Source of the DNA: an uncultured virus (IMG/VR IMGVR_UViG_3300024420_000237) | Lineage: Duplodnaviria > Heunggongvirae > Uroviricota > Caudoviricetes | IMG/VR virus record: IMGVR_UViG_3300024420_000237 | Location: 1 to 64,000 of that record | Direction: 5' to 3' (one strand) | Length of the DNA stretch: 64,000 bases | Part shown: positions 36,961 to 45,881 of the stretch, piece by piece | Numbering within the stretch: position 1 is the stretch's first letter | How the letters are laid out: every line of letters starts with the position of its first letter | Notes under the pieces: model-generated | What the model was told of the DNA's origin: nothing | The model's input: only the letters and a program-made list of their open reading frames with translations | Databases searched by the model: none | Program-made: the position numbers and the translations under genes

Positions 36961-37936
36961 ATATATTACTCAGCGACTTTGCTATACCTCGGTTCACTGC
37001 ACACCCTCTATGTGCTAACAACCTATGTATTTCATTCGTATCCATCCTTGATATATCTCTAGCATACATATTGTTTACAAACCACCATCTATCCCTTTCA
37101 GGCACTTCATGCCAATAGCCTCCCATAGACCATTGTGTTAAATTTTGTTCTGTTCTTCGAGGCACGTTGATATCGCAATTAGGCCACGGATAACTATCAA
37201 AGATATCATCTATAAACATTTCAGCTAATGGTATATTACGTTCTTTGCAAATCATCTGTATTGCAAGACGATATGAATTAATCAAATAAATGTTATGCGG
37301 ATTATCTATATGATGAGACCTGGGCATGGATGGATGAACGTCTTCTGGTTTTCTCTTAAACTCTTTGTCAAGGTACCAGTAGTTTAGTTTATTAGTTCCG
37401 GGTACCACATCATGTCTTCTCCAACGTTGATGAACTTCATCTCCGGCATATCTCCATATACTAGTAAGTCTATTAACATTTGGCCATACAACTGCGATAC
37501 CTTTACATGTGTCATTCACACTTAAGAACTTTAATAAATTATTATATACAGTAGTAGTTGATGCCCCACCTACACCAAAGTTTAAACAGTCATGACCTAG
37601 ATATTGTTTAAGAAATTGACTTACTGTATCATTGTAGTAATTACCTGTACCATATATATGCGAACACCCAAATATTGCAAATGAATTAGCAATATCAAAT
37701 GTATTTAATGGTTTTTCTCTGAACCCTATTTCATTATGTATGTATTGTAATGGCCTTTTTGATATATGATATTTCCAACTTGTTCCTAACTTTTCAGAAA
37801 ATCGTTTATGGTTTAACTCCTCAGTGGAATCTAGGTAATCATTCTCACTATATCTACAACAAAACCAATCAATACCTAAGTTAACATAACGATTTGCATC
37901 TGAAAAATCTATACCAGGATTTATATTACCCTTCAT
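36944..37936 (-). CDS. SGNH-like protein
   Basis: N..GFR, FGCSHIYGTG, NFGVGGAS, C-terminal ARD..H.G...N..IA. Confidence 0.7.
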   Translation of the reverse strand: MKGNINPGIDFSDANRYVNLGIDWFCCRYSENDYLDSTEELNHKRFSEKLGTSWKYHISKRPLQYIHNEIGFREKPLNTFDIANSFAIFGCSHIYGTGNYYNDTVSQFLKQYLGHDCLNFGVGGASTTTVYNNLLKFLSVNDTCKGIAVVWPNVNRLTSIWRYAGDEVHQRWRRHDVVPGTNKLNYWYLDKEFKRKPEDVHPSMPRSHHIDNPHNIYLINSYRLAIQMICKERNIPLAEMFIDDIFDSYPWPNCDINVPRRTEQNLTQWSMGGYWHEVPERDRWWFVNNMYARDISRMDTNEIHRLLAHRGCAVNRGIAKSLSNIFNEVS

Positions 37937-39164
37937 TTATGTGTCTCCATTTTTTAACAAACCTTAATGCAACTTTTTTATTCATTATGGGACCCCAATG
38001 TCCGCCTATAGGTCCGTTACCTTCAGGCTCATACGCTCCTATATCTCTGGCTTTTATTTTATTTAATACATAGAGTTGTGCATCACTTAATGAGCCATCA
38101 CTGTTATTAAATTCTTCCCACGGCAGTGTTGTGTCTGCTTGGTGTTTTGGTATCTGTATACAATTTCTTATTACATCATGTGTCCAGCTAGGACACATAG
38201 TAGTTAAATCTGTATCGATAGGATCATCTTCTTCTGTTACTTTTCCGGGATTATCACAACGTAGTTGATATACATTTTCTTCACCCATTATAGCAAACAA
38301 CGTTTCTTGTGCTATGGTTCTTTGATAGAAACTCCTAGAATTGCTTACCATATCTACATCTGGAATAACTAATTCTCTCATCAGCGGTCCAACTTTTTCA
38401 CCTGGTTCTATTATATTTGTTGGTGTGTCTGTTCCGGGTAATATATCTCTACGTAACCAAGTACGAGATATATCAATTCCCCATGCATCCTTAGTTTCTT
38501 TTACATAACCAAGAACCCGTGTGAACCTAGTTGGGTATGTCCAATAGACGAATATGCCTTTTGGTTTACCATACTTGCGAATTAAATGAACTAAGTTATG
38601 TAATATAACTCCGTTGCCTGTTCCACCGATTGCGAGATTGATAACTGGTGCTTTAATTTTTTCACTAATCATTTCTCCGATAGTTTCATTCAGTTGTTGT
38701 CCTATACCATAAATATGCGAACAGCCAGTTATGACATAACTATTCTTCCAATCAATTTCATCAAAATCTTTATTACATCGAAAGCCTTGCTTGTTGTTGC
38801 GGTATTTTATTTTTTGGTTATGCCAACGCCAACCTTCAGGTATAACAGAAGCCATATCATCAAATCTTTTTGGATGGTCGCTACCGTTCCAATTAGAATA
38901 CCAGTACGGGTTTTTTCCAGGTGGTTCAGCAACTTGCCATCCTATTTGAGTGTCGTAGTCTATTATACCCGTTAGCCTAGGTATTGACGGTCTTAAGTCT
39001 GTAATGGGTTCATGAGAATCTTCTAACGTATGAAATCCATTCACTGTCCAAAACCCTAATTCAAAATCACTCATTGGAGCTTTCCATTCAGCATCCCAAT
39101 CATCTACCCGCATATATTGCCATCGCTGTAGTTTCTTATGCTTTGGTAACCAGTCTTTGCTCAT
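37926..39164 (-). CDS. SGNH-like protein (paralog of downstream gene)
   Basis: NKQGFR, GCSHIYGIG, NLAIGG.G, ARD..HWG..MN..VA. Confidence 0.7.
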   Translation of the reverse strand: MSKDWLPKHKKLQRWQYMRVDDWDAEWKAPMSDFELGFWTVNGFHTLEDSHEPITDLRPSIPRLTGIIDYDTQIGWQVAEPPGKNPYWYSNWNGSDHPKRFDDMASVIPEGWRWHNQKIKYRNNKQGFRCNKDFDEIDWKNSYVITGCSHIYGIGQQLNETIGEMISEKIKAPVINLAIGGTGNGVILHNLVHLIRKYGKPKGIFVYWTYPTRFTRVLGYVKETKDAWGIDISRTWLRRDILPGTDTPTNIIEPGEKVGPLMRELVIPDVDMVSNSRSFYQRTIAQETLFAIMGEENVYQLRCDNPGKVTEEDDPIDTDLTTMCPSWTHDVIRNCIQIPKHQADTTLPWEEFNNSDGSLSDAQLYVLNKIKARDIGAYEPEGNGPIGGHWGPIMNKKVALRFVKKWRHINEG

Positions 39165-39174
39165 ATTAAATTCC

Positions 39175-39203
39175 TTGACAAATAGTTCGAATCACTATAT
39201 ACT
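39175..39203 (+). promoter_or_regulatory. Repeated early-type promoter with GANTC (copy H)
   Basis: TTGACA 39175, GAATC 39189-39193, TATACT 39198-39203. Confidence 0.8.
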
Positions 39204-39235
39204 ATATTTATGTTCGTAGTTAAAAGGGAATCTAA

Positions 39236-39634
39236 ATGACACCGGTACTTTATATACTAATGCGTAATGACTTAGATAGTCTTAACCCTGGTAAAGCAAT
39301 GGCGCAGGCATCACATGCCAGTAATCAGTTTGTTCACAATATAAAAGAGGGAGGAATGATTGATTACGAATTGTTTAATATGTGGTCTAATGAGACTACG
39401 CAGGGTTTCGGAACAGTTCTTGTTCTAAGTGTCAATGAAGCCCAATTACAATCTTCTATTATGATGGCAGAGAAACATCTATCACATTGTGGAATAGTAC
39501 ACGACCCAACATATCCTATTCAAGACGGAGACGTAGTGCATCACATACCACTTGATACATGTGGTTATGTATTTGGTGATAAGGATGATCCTGTTATTAA
39601 TGCAATCTTGGGTTTGTTTCCGCTACACCCATAA
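39236..39634 (+). CDS. Peptidyl-tRNA hydrolase type 2 (Pth2)-like protein
   Basis: YILMRNDL....GKAMAQASHA matches the Pth2 N-terminal signature; W....  VL.V, V.D.T. Confidence 0.75.
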   Translation: MTPVLYILMRNDLDSLNPGKAMAQASHASNQFVHNIKEGGMIDYELFNMWSNETTQGFGTVLVLSVNEAQLQSSIMMAEKHLSHCGIVHDPTYPIQDGDVVHHIPLDTCGYVFGDKDDPVINAILGLFPLHP

Positions 39635-39636
39635 AC

Positions 39637-39664
39637 TTGACAACTATGAAAAAGGTGTTAATAT
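39637..39664 (+). promoter_or_regulatory. Repeated early-type promoter lacking GANTC (copy I)
   Basis: AAACTTGACA, 16 bp, TGt-TAATAT. Confidence 0.75.
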
Positions 39665-39670
39665 AATATT

Positions 39671-40498
39671 ATGATTAATTCAGCAGAGGTATATAGTATG
39701 GAACATGTAGGTGATAAGCACACTCATTTTGAACGCAACGTACTCTATCATCACAAGTACAACTTTCAACTAGACAACTCGGGCGTTGACTATAAAGATA
39801 TTAAGGAACGTGAAGAAAATGGTTGGAACCGTGAAACTGTTATTGCGGCATCCCTAGTTGCAAACGAAATGAATGAAGGTGAGTATATAAAAGTTGACCA
39901 AGGAGTTTATAGTTTTGCCGAGACTCCAGAGGGTAGTCGTTATCTACAAATGAAATTACCTAACAAAGAAATTCTAGTCGGCGTGTTGCATCTTTATCCA
40001 CACTTAATACAACCAAAGCATATGAATGCGGCAAAAGAAATTATTAAAGAACTTGAAATGGATTTCATGTTTAAGATTATGTCAGAGAACATGAATGAAT
40101 TTGAAAGTGGCATTGCAACTATTCTTGCAACTACAGATAAATTACCAAAGCAATATTGGGGTGTTGCCGCTTATCTACCGACTTATGCAGTTAAAAAAGT
40201 ATGGGAACGGGAAGTTACTGACCGTAGTGAAAATTCAGTACACTTAACATCAACCCGCAAAGATGGACTTGTGTTCGCAGACATTACTGTTCTCAAAGCA
40301 AACAGTAGTCAGAGTTATCCAGGACTAAATGTATCAGCTATCACTAGTGACGGCAACCGTATTAGTTTCTTTAGTACAAAAGAAATATGGGAAGTTGATA
40401 AAGATTTTACAATTAGTGCTAAAGTAAAAAGCCACGGTACTGTTTGGAATCAAGACCACATTGCAGAGACAAGATTAAATTACGTTAAAGCTATATGA
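39671..40498 (+). CDS. Hypothetical protein, possible C-terminal OB-like domain
   Basis: 275 aa after promoter I; ends I.AKVK.H......TRLNYVK. Alternative start 39698. Confidence 0.75.
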   Translation: MINSAEVYSMEHVGDKHTHFERNVLYHHKYNFQLDNSGVDYKDIKEREENGWNRETVIAASLVANEMNEGEYIKVDQGVYSFAETPEGSRYLQMKLPNKEILVGVLHLYPHLIQPKHMNAAKEIIKELEMDFMFKIMSENMNEFESGIATILATTDKLPKQYWGVAAYLPTYAVKKVWEREVTDRSENSVHLTSTRKDGLVFADITVLKANSSQSYPGLNVSAITSDGNRISFFSTKEIWEVDKDFTISAKVKSHGTVWNQDHIAETRLNYVKAI

Positions 40499-40599
40499 GT
40501 CCTATACTTATATCCTTATTACTTACTGCCGGTATATTTGCCGGCATTATTTTAATGCTTGTCTTATGGAATAATGAAGAACCACCAATGAAAGACTAA
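40495..40599 (+). CDS. 34-aa membrane peptide (not in ORF track)
   Basis: ATGA overlap; MSPILISLLLTAGIFAGIILMLVLWNNEEPPMKD. Confidence 0.55.
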   Translation: MSPILISLLLTAGIFAGIILMLVLWNNEEPPMKD

Positions 40600-40607
40600 A
40601 TACGATT

Positions 40608-40991
40608 ATGAATAAGTTACTAGTACACAAGCACCTATTAATTCGTGCAGAGGTTAATAAGCCTTTACAAAATAAAAATAAGGCAATTAAGTATTTGCGA
40701 AAGATGATTAAAGCAATCGGCATGAAACCGATGTATGGTCCTACTGCCACGTATTGTAAGATGGAAGGCAACAGAGGGTTAACAGCCTTTGCAATTATAG
40801 AAACATCACATATCGCTATGCATATATGGGACGAAGTGAGTCCTGCATTGTGTCAGTTAGATGTATATACTTGTTCTGAAATGGATCCTAATCAGGTTCT
40901 ACCTTTCTTAGAAGTAATGGAACCTACGAAAGTAGAATATAAATTCTTAGACAGAGAAAGCAAGTTTGAAGAAATATACTCAAGTAAATAA
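40608..40991 (+). CDS. speD: S-adenosylmethionine decarboxylase-like pyruvoyl proenzyme
   Basis: HLL, GLTAFAIIETSHIAMHIWDE, QLDVYTC. Confidence 0.8.
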   Translation: MNKLLVHKHLLIRAEVNKPLQNKNKAIKYLRKMIKAIGMKPMYGPTATYCKMEGNRGLTAFAIIETSHIAMHIWDEVSPALCQLDVYTCSEMDPNQVLPFLEVMEPTKVEYKFLDRESKFEEIYSSK

Positions 40992-41037
40992 TTCAAACGT
41001 ATACAAATTACTAAATCCCAAGAAGATAAGTATTAAC

Positions 41038-41820
41038 ATGAAAGAAGTAGTTTTAGTAACGGGTGGGTTCGACCCACTACACTCTGGACATATAGAGTAT
41101 TTTAAATCAGCAAAAGAACTCGGTGATGAATTAGTCGTAGGGATAAATTCAGACGAATGGCTTACCCGTAAAAAAGGCAGAGCATTTATGAACTTTGCTG
41201 AACGCAAAGCAATCATCGAAGCACTAGAAGTAGTTGACAAGGTTATTGACTTTGATGATAGTGACGATACAGCCAGTTACGCATTATACAAGATACAATC
41301 TATGTATCCAATTGGTACTAAGTTTATATTCGCAAATGGCGGAGATAGAGGTAATGCTACAACACCCGAATACAAACAATACGCAGAAATGCCATGGGTC
41401 AGATTTGAATTTGGTGTAGGTGGTACAAACAAACGTAACTCTAGTAGTTGGATACTTGATGATTGGAAAACACAGAGAACACATAGAACATGGGGCTACT
41501 GGCGAGTACTTGATGATAAGCAACCTAAGGTTGGGCAAAAAGTCAAAGAACTAGTTATCAACCCACGCAAGAGTTTATCAAATCAGAAACATAGATATAG
41601 AAACGAATATTGGTATGTCTTAGAAGGAGATATCATGATTGAACTAGAATTTGGTAAGAAAAAAGAAGCAATCTATCTGCGTCCACATGACACATTCTTA
41701 ATACCTAAGGAATGCTGGCATAAAACAACAAATATCGGTGATGAACCAGCACACATAATTGAAGTACAATATGGTGAATTATGTGAAGAAACAGACATAC
41801 AAAGAAAAAATAATAGCTAA
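41038..41820 (+). CDS. Cytidylyltransferase-family nucleotidyltransferase fused to MPI-type cupin
   Basis: TGGFDPLHSGH, VGINSD.WL.RKKG, FANGGDR, NSSS; then R.WG, LS.QKH..RNE.W, IIEVQYG...E.DI.R. ATG 41038 preferred. Confidence 0.88.
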   Translation: MKEVVLVTGGFDPLHSGHIEYFKSAKELGDELVVGINSDEWLTRKKGRAFMNFAERKAIIEALEVVDKVIDFDDSDDTASYALYKIQSMYPIGTKFIFANGGDRGNATTPEYKQYAEMPWVRFEFGVGGTNKRNSSSWILDDWKTQRTHRTWGYWRVLDDKQPKVGQKVKELVINPRKSLSNQKHRYRNEYWYVLEGDIMIELEFGKKKEAIYLRPHDTFLIPKECWHKTTNIGDEPAHIIEVQYGELCEETDIQRKNNS

Positions 41821-41824
41821 AAAC

Positions 41825-41852
41825 TTGACAAACTATCGAATCGTGTTATAGT
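41825..41852 (+). promoter_or_regulatory. Repeated early-type promoter with GANTC (copy J)
   Basis: TTGACA 41825, GAATC 41838-41842, TATAGT 41847-41852; GAGAGG SD downstream. Confidence 0.85.
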
Positions 41853-41883
41853 ATATACATAATCAACAATAGAGAGGTTAATT

Positions 41884-43641
41884 ATGAATATGAAAAAGTT
41901 ACTTGCTACTACATCAATGGTTGTAGCTATAGGTACAATGTCATTTGCATCACCCAATGTAATGGCTAGTCAACAGATGCTTAATCAGTTAGGCTATCAA
42001 GCAGGCCCAACAGATGGGTTAACTGGAAATCTTACAACAACGGCTATAGAAAATTTCTATGCTGATAGTGGCAAAGTATTTGACGGCACAATAGATGCTA
42101 ATGAGATTACAGATTTGAAACTAGCAGTGTCAGAAATGCCTGCATTAGATTTTGAAACACAAAAAAAGAATGGTATGATTACAACATTTGGTAATTATAT
42201 TTCTCCTGACAACATGGTATCTCCGGGAACATGGAGAACAAAAAGATACTTTCTACCAGGTGATTTTTACATGAGAGAATATCAAGGAGATAATCAAGAA
42301 ATCTTCTGGACTATTACTGGTGCATTCGCAAATCTTAATGGCGACAATACTCCTGACTTAGTAATGGGGTTCGAACTACATAATCAATGTAGAGGTAAAT
42401 TTGAATCAGATGGTAACATTGGTACTTGGAAGTGTGGTGACGAAAAAATGTCAGACATACAACAAAGACTCCCTTTCGCATTGTTTGAAATTGGTAGCAT
42501 GAGTAGAAAAGATTTAGTAGAACAAATCGTTGTAAATAATCATGTCTCGCCAAGGAATAGTATTAGAACTATTACGGCAGACTTCAATGGTGACGGTATT
42601 GATGATATCTATTCTCCTAGTGCATATAAAGCCAAAGTCAATGGCAAACATCAGTACGGAGGCGCTGACTTAGTATTTCTTTCTAATGGAAAAGGACAAT
42701 GGATAGAAACTGCTGAAAAGGGTGTGAAGATAGATAAGAACGGAACATTCCATAACTTTAGTCACGGTGCCACTGCGGCAGATATTGACAACGATGGTGA
42801 CATTGATGTTATCGTATCAGATGTGCAATGGTCTAGGTCTAAAGGTGGTGGTAATATCTGGTGTCATGTGAATGATGGTAAAGGTATTTTTACTGTAAAG
42901 AAATGCGGCGACCAGTGGGCTCATGCTCTTACAACAGGTGATTACAACGGTGATGGACATGTAGACTTAATGGCATCAGGCGGATGGCATCAGAGTCCAG
43001 CTTACAAGCACGATAGTTCTTTGCCTCAACAACAAACTGTAATTCTATTTGGTGATAGTTCAGGTTATTTCGGCAAGAAGAAAAGAACTTCTATGGAATC
43101 AGCAAATGATATCTTTGGTTCTGGGTTCTTGTTAACTGATGTTATTGGTCCAGTATCATGGGACTTTGATAATGATGGCGATGTAGATATCGCAGGTTCA
43201 AATATTGGTCCACTATATGTTGGTGGTACAACAACTATTTGGGCTAATGATGGCAAAGGTAACTTTACTGTCGCAGACCAAACTCCACTTATTCCTTCTC
43301 CTGACTTTGTTAAAACAAGAAAAGGATTTAAGAAAGGCATCAACATGGAAACAAATGCATACAACTCATTTTGTACGAGAAATGTTTTGATTGATGTAAA
43401 CAATGATGGGCTGATGGATATTATGTGCCAAGGATCTCCTCAAGATGTACATAGTGGTTGGTTCTTTGTAAATCAAGGTAACTTAGAGTTTAAGAAAGTA
43501 TCTCCTTACCAAGCATGGGAGAATGAATGGGTTGACTTTTACAAAAGCGAGTACGGTGGACAGAACAGAAAGTTCACAGGATTCCCAGATGCTGATATGA
43601 TGGCGCCCGGAGGCTATTGGAAATATAAGTCAGATTTCTAA
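41884..43641 (+). CDS. Exported protein: peptidoglycan-binding-like N-domain + FG-GAP/VCBS repeats
   Basis: Signal peptide; QQMLNQLGY.AG..DG..G..T..AI..F; repeated D(F/I/Y)(N/D).DG..D loops (NLNGDNTPD, DFNGDGIDD, DIDNDGDID, DYNGDGHVD, DFDNDGDVD, DVNNDGLMD). Confidence 0.85.
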   Translation: MNMKKLLATTSMVVAIGTMSFASPNVMASQQMLNQLGYQAGPTDGLTGNLTTTAIENFYADSGKVFDGTIDANEITDLKLAVSEMPALDFETQKKNGMITTFGNYISPDNMVSPGTWRTKRYFLPGDFYMREYQGDNQEIFWTITGAFANLNGDNTPDLVMGFELHNQCRGKFESDGNIGTWKCGDEKMSDIQQRLPFALFEIGSMSRKDLVEQIVVNNHVSPRNSIRTITADFNGDGIDDIYSPSAYKAKVNGKHQYGGADLVFLSNGKGQWIETAEKGVKIDKNGTFHNFSHGATAADIDNDGDIDVIVSDVQWSRSKGGGNIWCHVNDGKGIFTVKKCGDQWAHALTTGDYNGDGHVDLMASGGWHQSPAYKHDSSLPQQQTVILFGDSSGYFGKKKRTSMESANDIFGSGFLLTDVIGPVSWDFDNDGDVDIAGSNIGPLYVGGTTTIWANDGKGNFTVADQTPLIPSPDFVKTRKGFKKGINMETNAYNSFCTRNVLIDVNNDGLMDIMCQGSPQDVHSGWFFVNQGNLEFKKVSPYQAWENEWVDFYKSEYGGQNRKFTGFPDADMMAPGGYWKYKSDF

Positions 43642-43666
43642 TAATTAACTATTTTTAAACTAAATT

Positions 43667-43693
43667 AGCCCGGCTCAATGTCGGGCTTTTTTT
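43667..43693 (+). terminator. Intrinsic terminator
   Basis: AGCCCGGC-tcaat-GTCGGGCT followed by a T tract. Confidence 0.85.
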
Positions 43694-43731
43694 ATAGATA
43701 AATAAGTATGTAGTTAATAGAGAATTAAAAT

Positions 43732-44115
43732 ATGAAAAGAATTATTAAACTAGACCCAGATATCAATCCAATAACAGTTAAAGATGGCAGAGGTATAATA
43801 AGCACATACTATCCTCAAACAACTGATATTAAAGAATGGAGTTATATAGTAACTCTAAAAGGTTCTGTGAGAGGACATCATCTACACAAAGAGTTTGATG
43901 AATACATTATGTTTGTAGAAGGAAGCGGTGTGTATACTGAGTTATCAGAAGGAAAAGAATTAGTAACTCCCGTTGCAACAGGAGACTGTATCTTTATTCC
44001 TAGACTGACACCTCATACATTCTATCCAACATCAGACTCAAAAGCAATCGCACTCATAACGAAGAAATGGGACGACTGTGATGAGCCTTTGACTAGGGTA
44101 GATACTAATGAGTAA
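43732..44115 (+). CDS. Cupin, sugar isomerase/epimerase-like (FdtA/RmlC-like)
   Basis: D.RG, KGSVRGHHLHK..EY, PHTF. Confidence 0.7.
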   Translation: MKRIIKLDPDINPITVKDGRGIISTYYPQTTDIKEWSYIVTLKGSVRGHHLHKEFDEYIMFVEGSGVYTELSEGKELVTPVATGDCIFIPRLTPHTFYPTSDSKAIALITKKWDDCDEPLTRVDTNE

Positions 44116-45298
44116 TTATCCTATGATTATAAATGAACGAACGGACTGTAGAGTTTGTGGTTCTGAGGTTAAAAAGGTTGTAGACTTTGGTTCTATACAC
44201 ATAAATGATTTTCCTTTAGACCCAAATCATACTCCGGGAGAAGCGCCCATGGTTCTGGACCAATGTGTGAATTGTGATTTGGTTCAACTTAGACATACAG
44301 TTAATCCAAAAGTATTATATGGTGAACACTATTGGTATGAAAGTGGACTTAACAAGAAACTAAAAGATAACCTATTCGACATTGCAGGATATATAAATGA
44401 CAACACTACTAAAGGTGATGTTGTATTAGATATCGGTGCAAATGACGGTACACTACTTAGTGCAGTTAACTCAGATAGATATAGGATAGGATGCGAACCA
44501 GCACCTAATCTAATTAAGAAGTTAGTAAAGAATTGCGAAGCAACAATTAATGACATGTGGCATTACAAACTGATGCAAGGTAAGAAAGCAAAAGTTATTA
44601 CTGCTATTGGTATGTTTTATGATATGGATAATCCAAATGATTTCATTTATAGCGTAAATGAGGCGATGACCGATGATGGCATTTTTATTGCTCAGTTAAT
44701 GACACTTGCTCCTATGCTTAAAATGAAAGACTTAGGCAATGTATGTCATGAACATTTAGAATACTACAGCTATAAAAGTCTTGTAGAATTATATGAAACT
44801 AATGGTCTTGAGATTTACAAAGTAGTAGAGAACGATATACAAGGCGGTAGTTATCAACTGTGGGCTAGAAAAAAGAATGAAGGCAGTATTGAACACTACG
44901 AAGACTTATCTTCATTGAAAACATTCTTTAATGATGTAGAACGCAACGGTGCGTTATTAAGAACCGTATTGACAGACAACAAGAAAAACGGCGGTAAGAA
45001 TTATGTTTACGGCGCTAGTACAAAAGGAAATACAATGTTGCAATTTTGGAAACTACATGGGTTGTTTGATGGTGCGGCAGAAATACATCCAGACAAAGTA
45101 GGCAGATTCACAGTCGGCACAGGTATACCCATTGTACACGAAGATGATGCAAAGAAAGATGCAGACTTGTTCTTTGTTCCTAACTTTGGGTTTAAAGATA
45201 TGTTTACAGAAAAAGAAAGTGAATGGATTGAGCAAGGCGGTAGAATGTTATTTGCAATGCCCATAGTACATATTGCAGAAAATAAATCAGATGATTAG
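44108..45298 (+). CDS. NDP-sugar C-methyltransferase
   Basis: Zn motif CRVC..CVNC.LVQL, DIGANDG, HEHLEYY, GGS, YGASTKG. Confidence 0.88.
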   Translation: MSNYPMIINERTDCRVCGSEVKKVVDFGSIHINDFPLDPNHTPGEAPMVLDQCVNCDLVQLRHTVNPKVLYGEHYWYESGLNKKLKDNLFDIAGYINDNTTKGDVVLDIGANDGTLLSAVNSDRYRIGCEPAPNLIKKLVKNCEATINDMWHYKLMQGKKAKVITAIGMFYDMDNPNDFIYSVNEAMTDDGIFIAQLMTLAPMLKMKDLGNVCHEHLEYYSYKSLVELYETNGLEIYKVVENDIQGGSYQLWARKKNEGSIEHYEDLSSLKTFFNDVERNGALLRTVLTDNKKNGGKNYVYGASTKGNTMLQFWKLHGLFDGAAEIHPDKVGRFTVGTGIPIVHEDDAKKDADLFFVPNFGFKDMFTEKESEWIEQGGRMLFAMPIVHIAENKSDD

Positions 45299-45881
45299 AG
45301 AATATACTGCCAAAGAAGTGATTGCACAGAACGGGTCAGTCAAGTTATGGGAAGACGCCATATGGATAAATCATAAACACCATACGTACTTTGTTCCTAT
45401 TTGGAGAAATGCTAGTTCAAGTTTCTTGTTCAATATAGCAGAACAATATGATTATAAACTTGTATCACTGCCAAAAAATGATTCATGGACACTTTCTTAT
45501 ACAGGTTATACATTTATACGATACCCTAGTGAACGATTTTTAGGACAGCTATCAGTAGTATCAAAAATATATAATTGTACAATAGAAGAAAGCATAGAAT
45601 GGTGGTTAAGTAACAGGGAAGACGATGTTCACATGAAAACTCAGTGTAGTTTTTTAGAAGGGCTTGAAGATGTACCTTTGCATTATATAGATGCAGACAA
45701 CATAAGACCTATAGGACATAAACATATAGATAATGTATTAGAGACCATTCAAAATACAACACGTTATAATGATATTTCTAAACAGAAAGAAGAATTAAAA
45801 TTACAATTAAAAAAATATAAAGCACAAATTAAGGAATATTACTTAGAAGATTATAAATTATTCAAGGAGAACATAAAATGA
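45291..45881 (+). CDS. Sulfotransferase family 2-like protein
   Basis: VPIWRNASSS (5'-PSB-like), FIRYP.ERF (3'-PB-like), D.H..TQ, Y.EDY.LF. Confidence 0.6.
   Translation: MIREYTAKEVIAQNGSVKLWEDAIWINHKHHTYFVPIWRNASSSFLFNIAEQYDYKLVSLPKNDSWTLSYTGYTFIRYPSERFLGQLSVVSKIYNCTIEESIEWWLSNREDDVHMKTQCSFLEGLEDVPLHYIDADNIRPIGHKHIDNVLETIQNTTRYNDISKQKEELKLQLKKYKAQIKEYYLEDYKLFKENIK

Noticed and set aside
31712..41852. Recurring ~30-bp sequence as a possible CRISPR array
   Set aside because: Copies are hundreds to thousands of bases apart, imperfect, and each precedes a gene with -35/-10 boxes. They are promoters.
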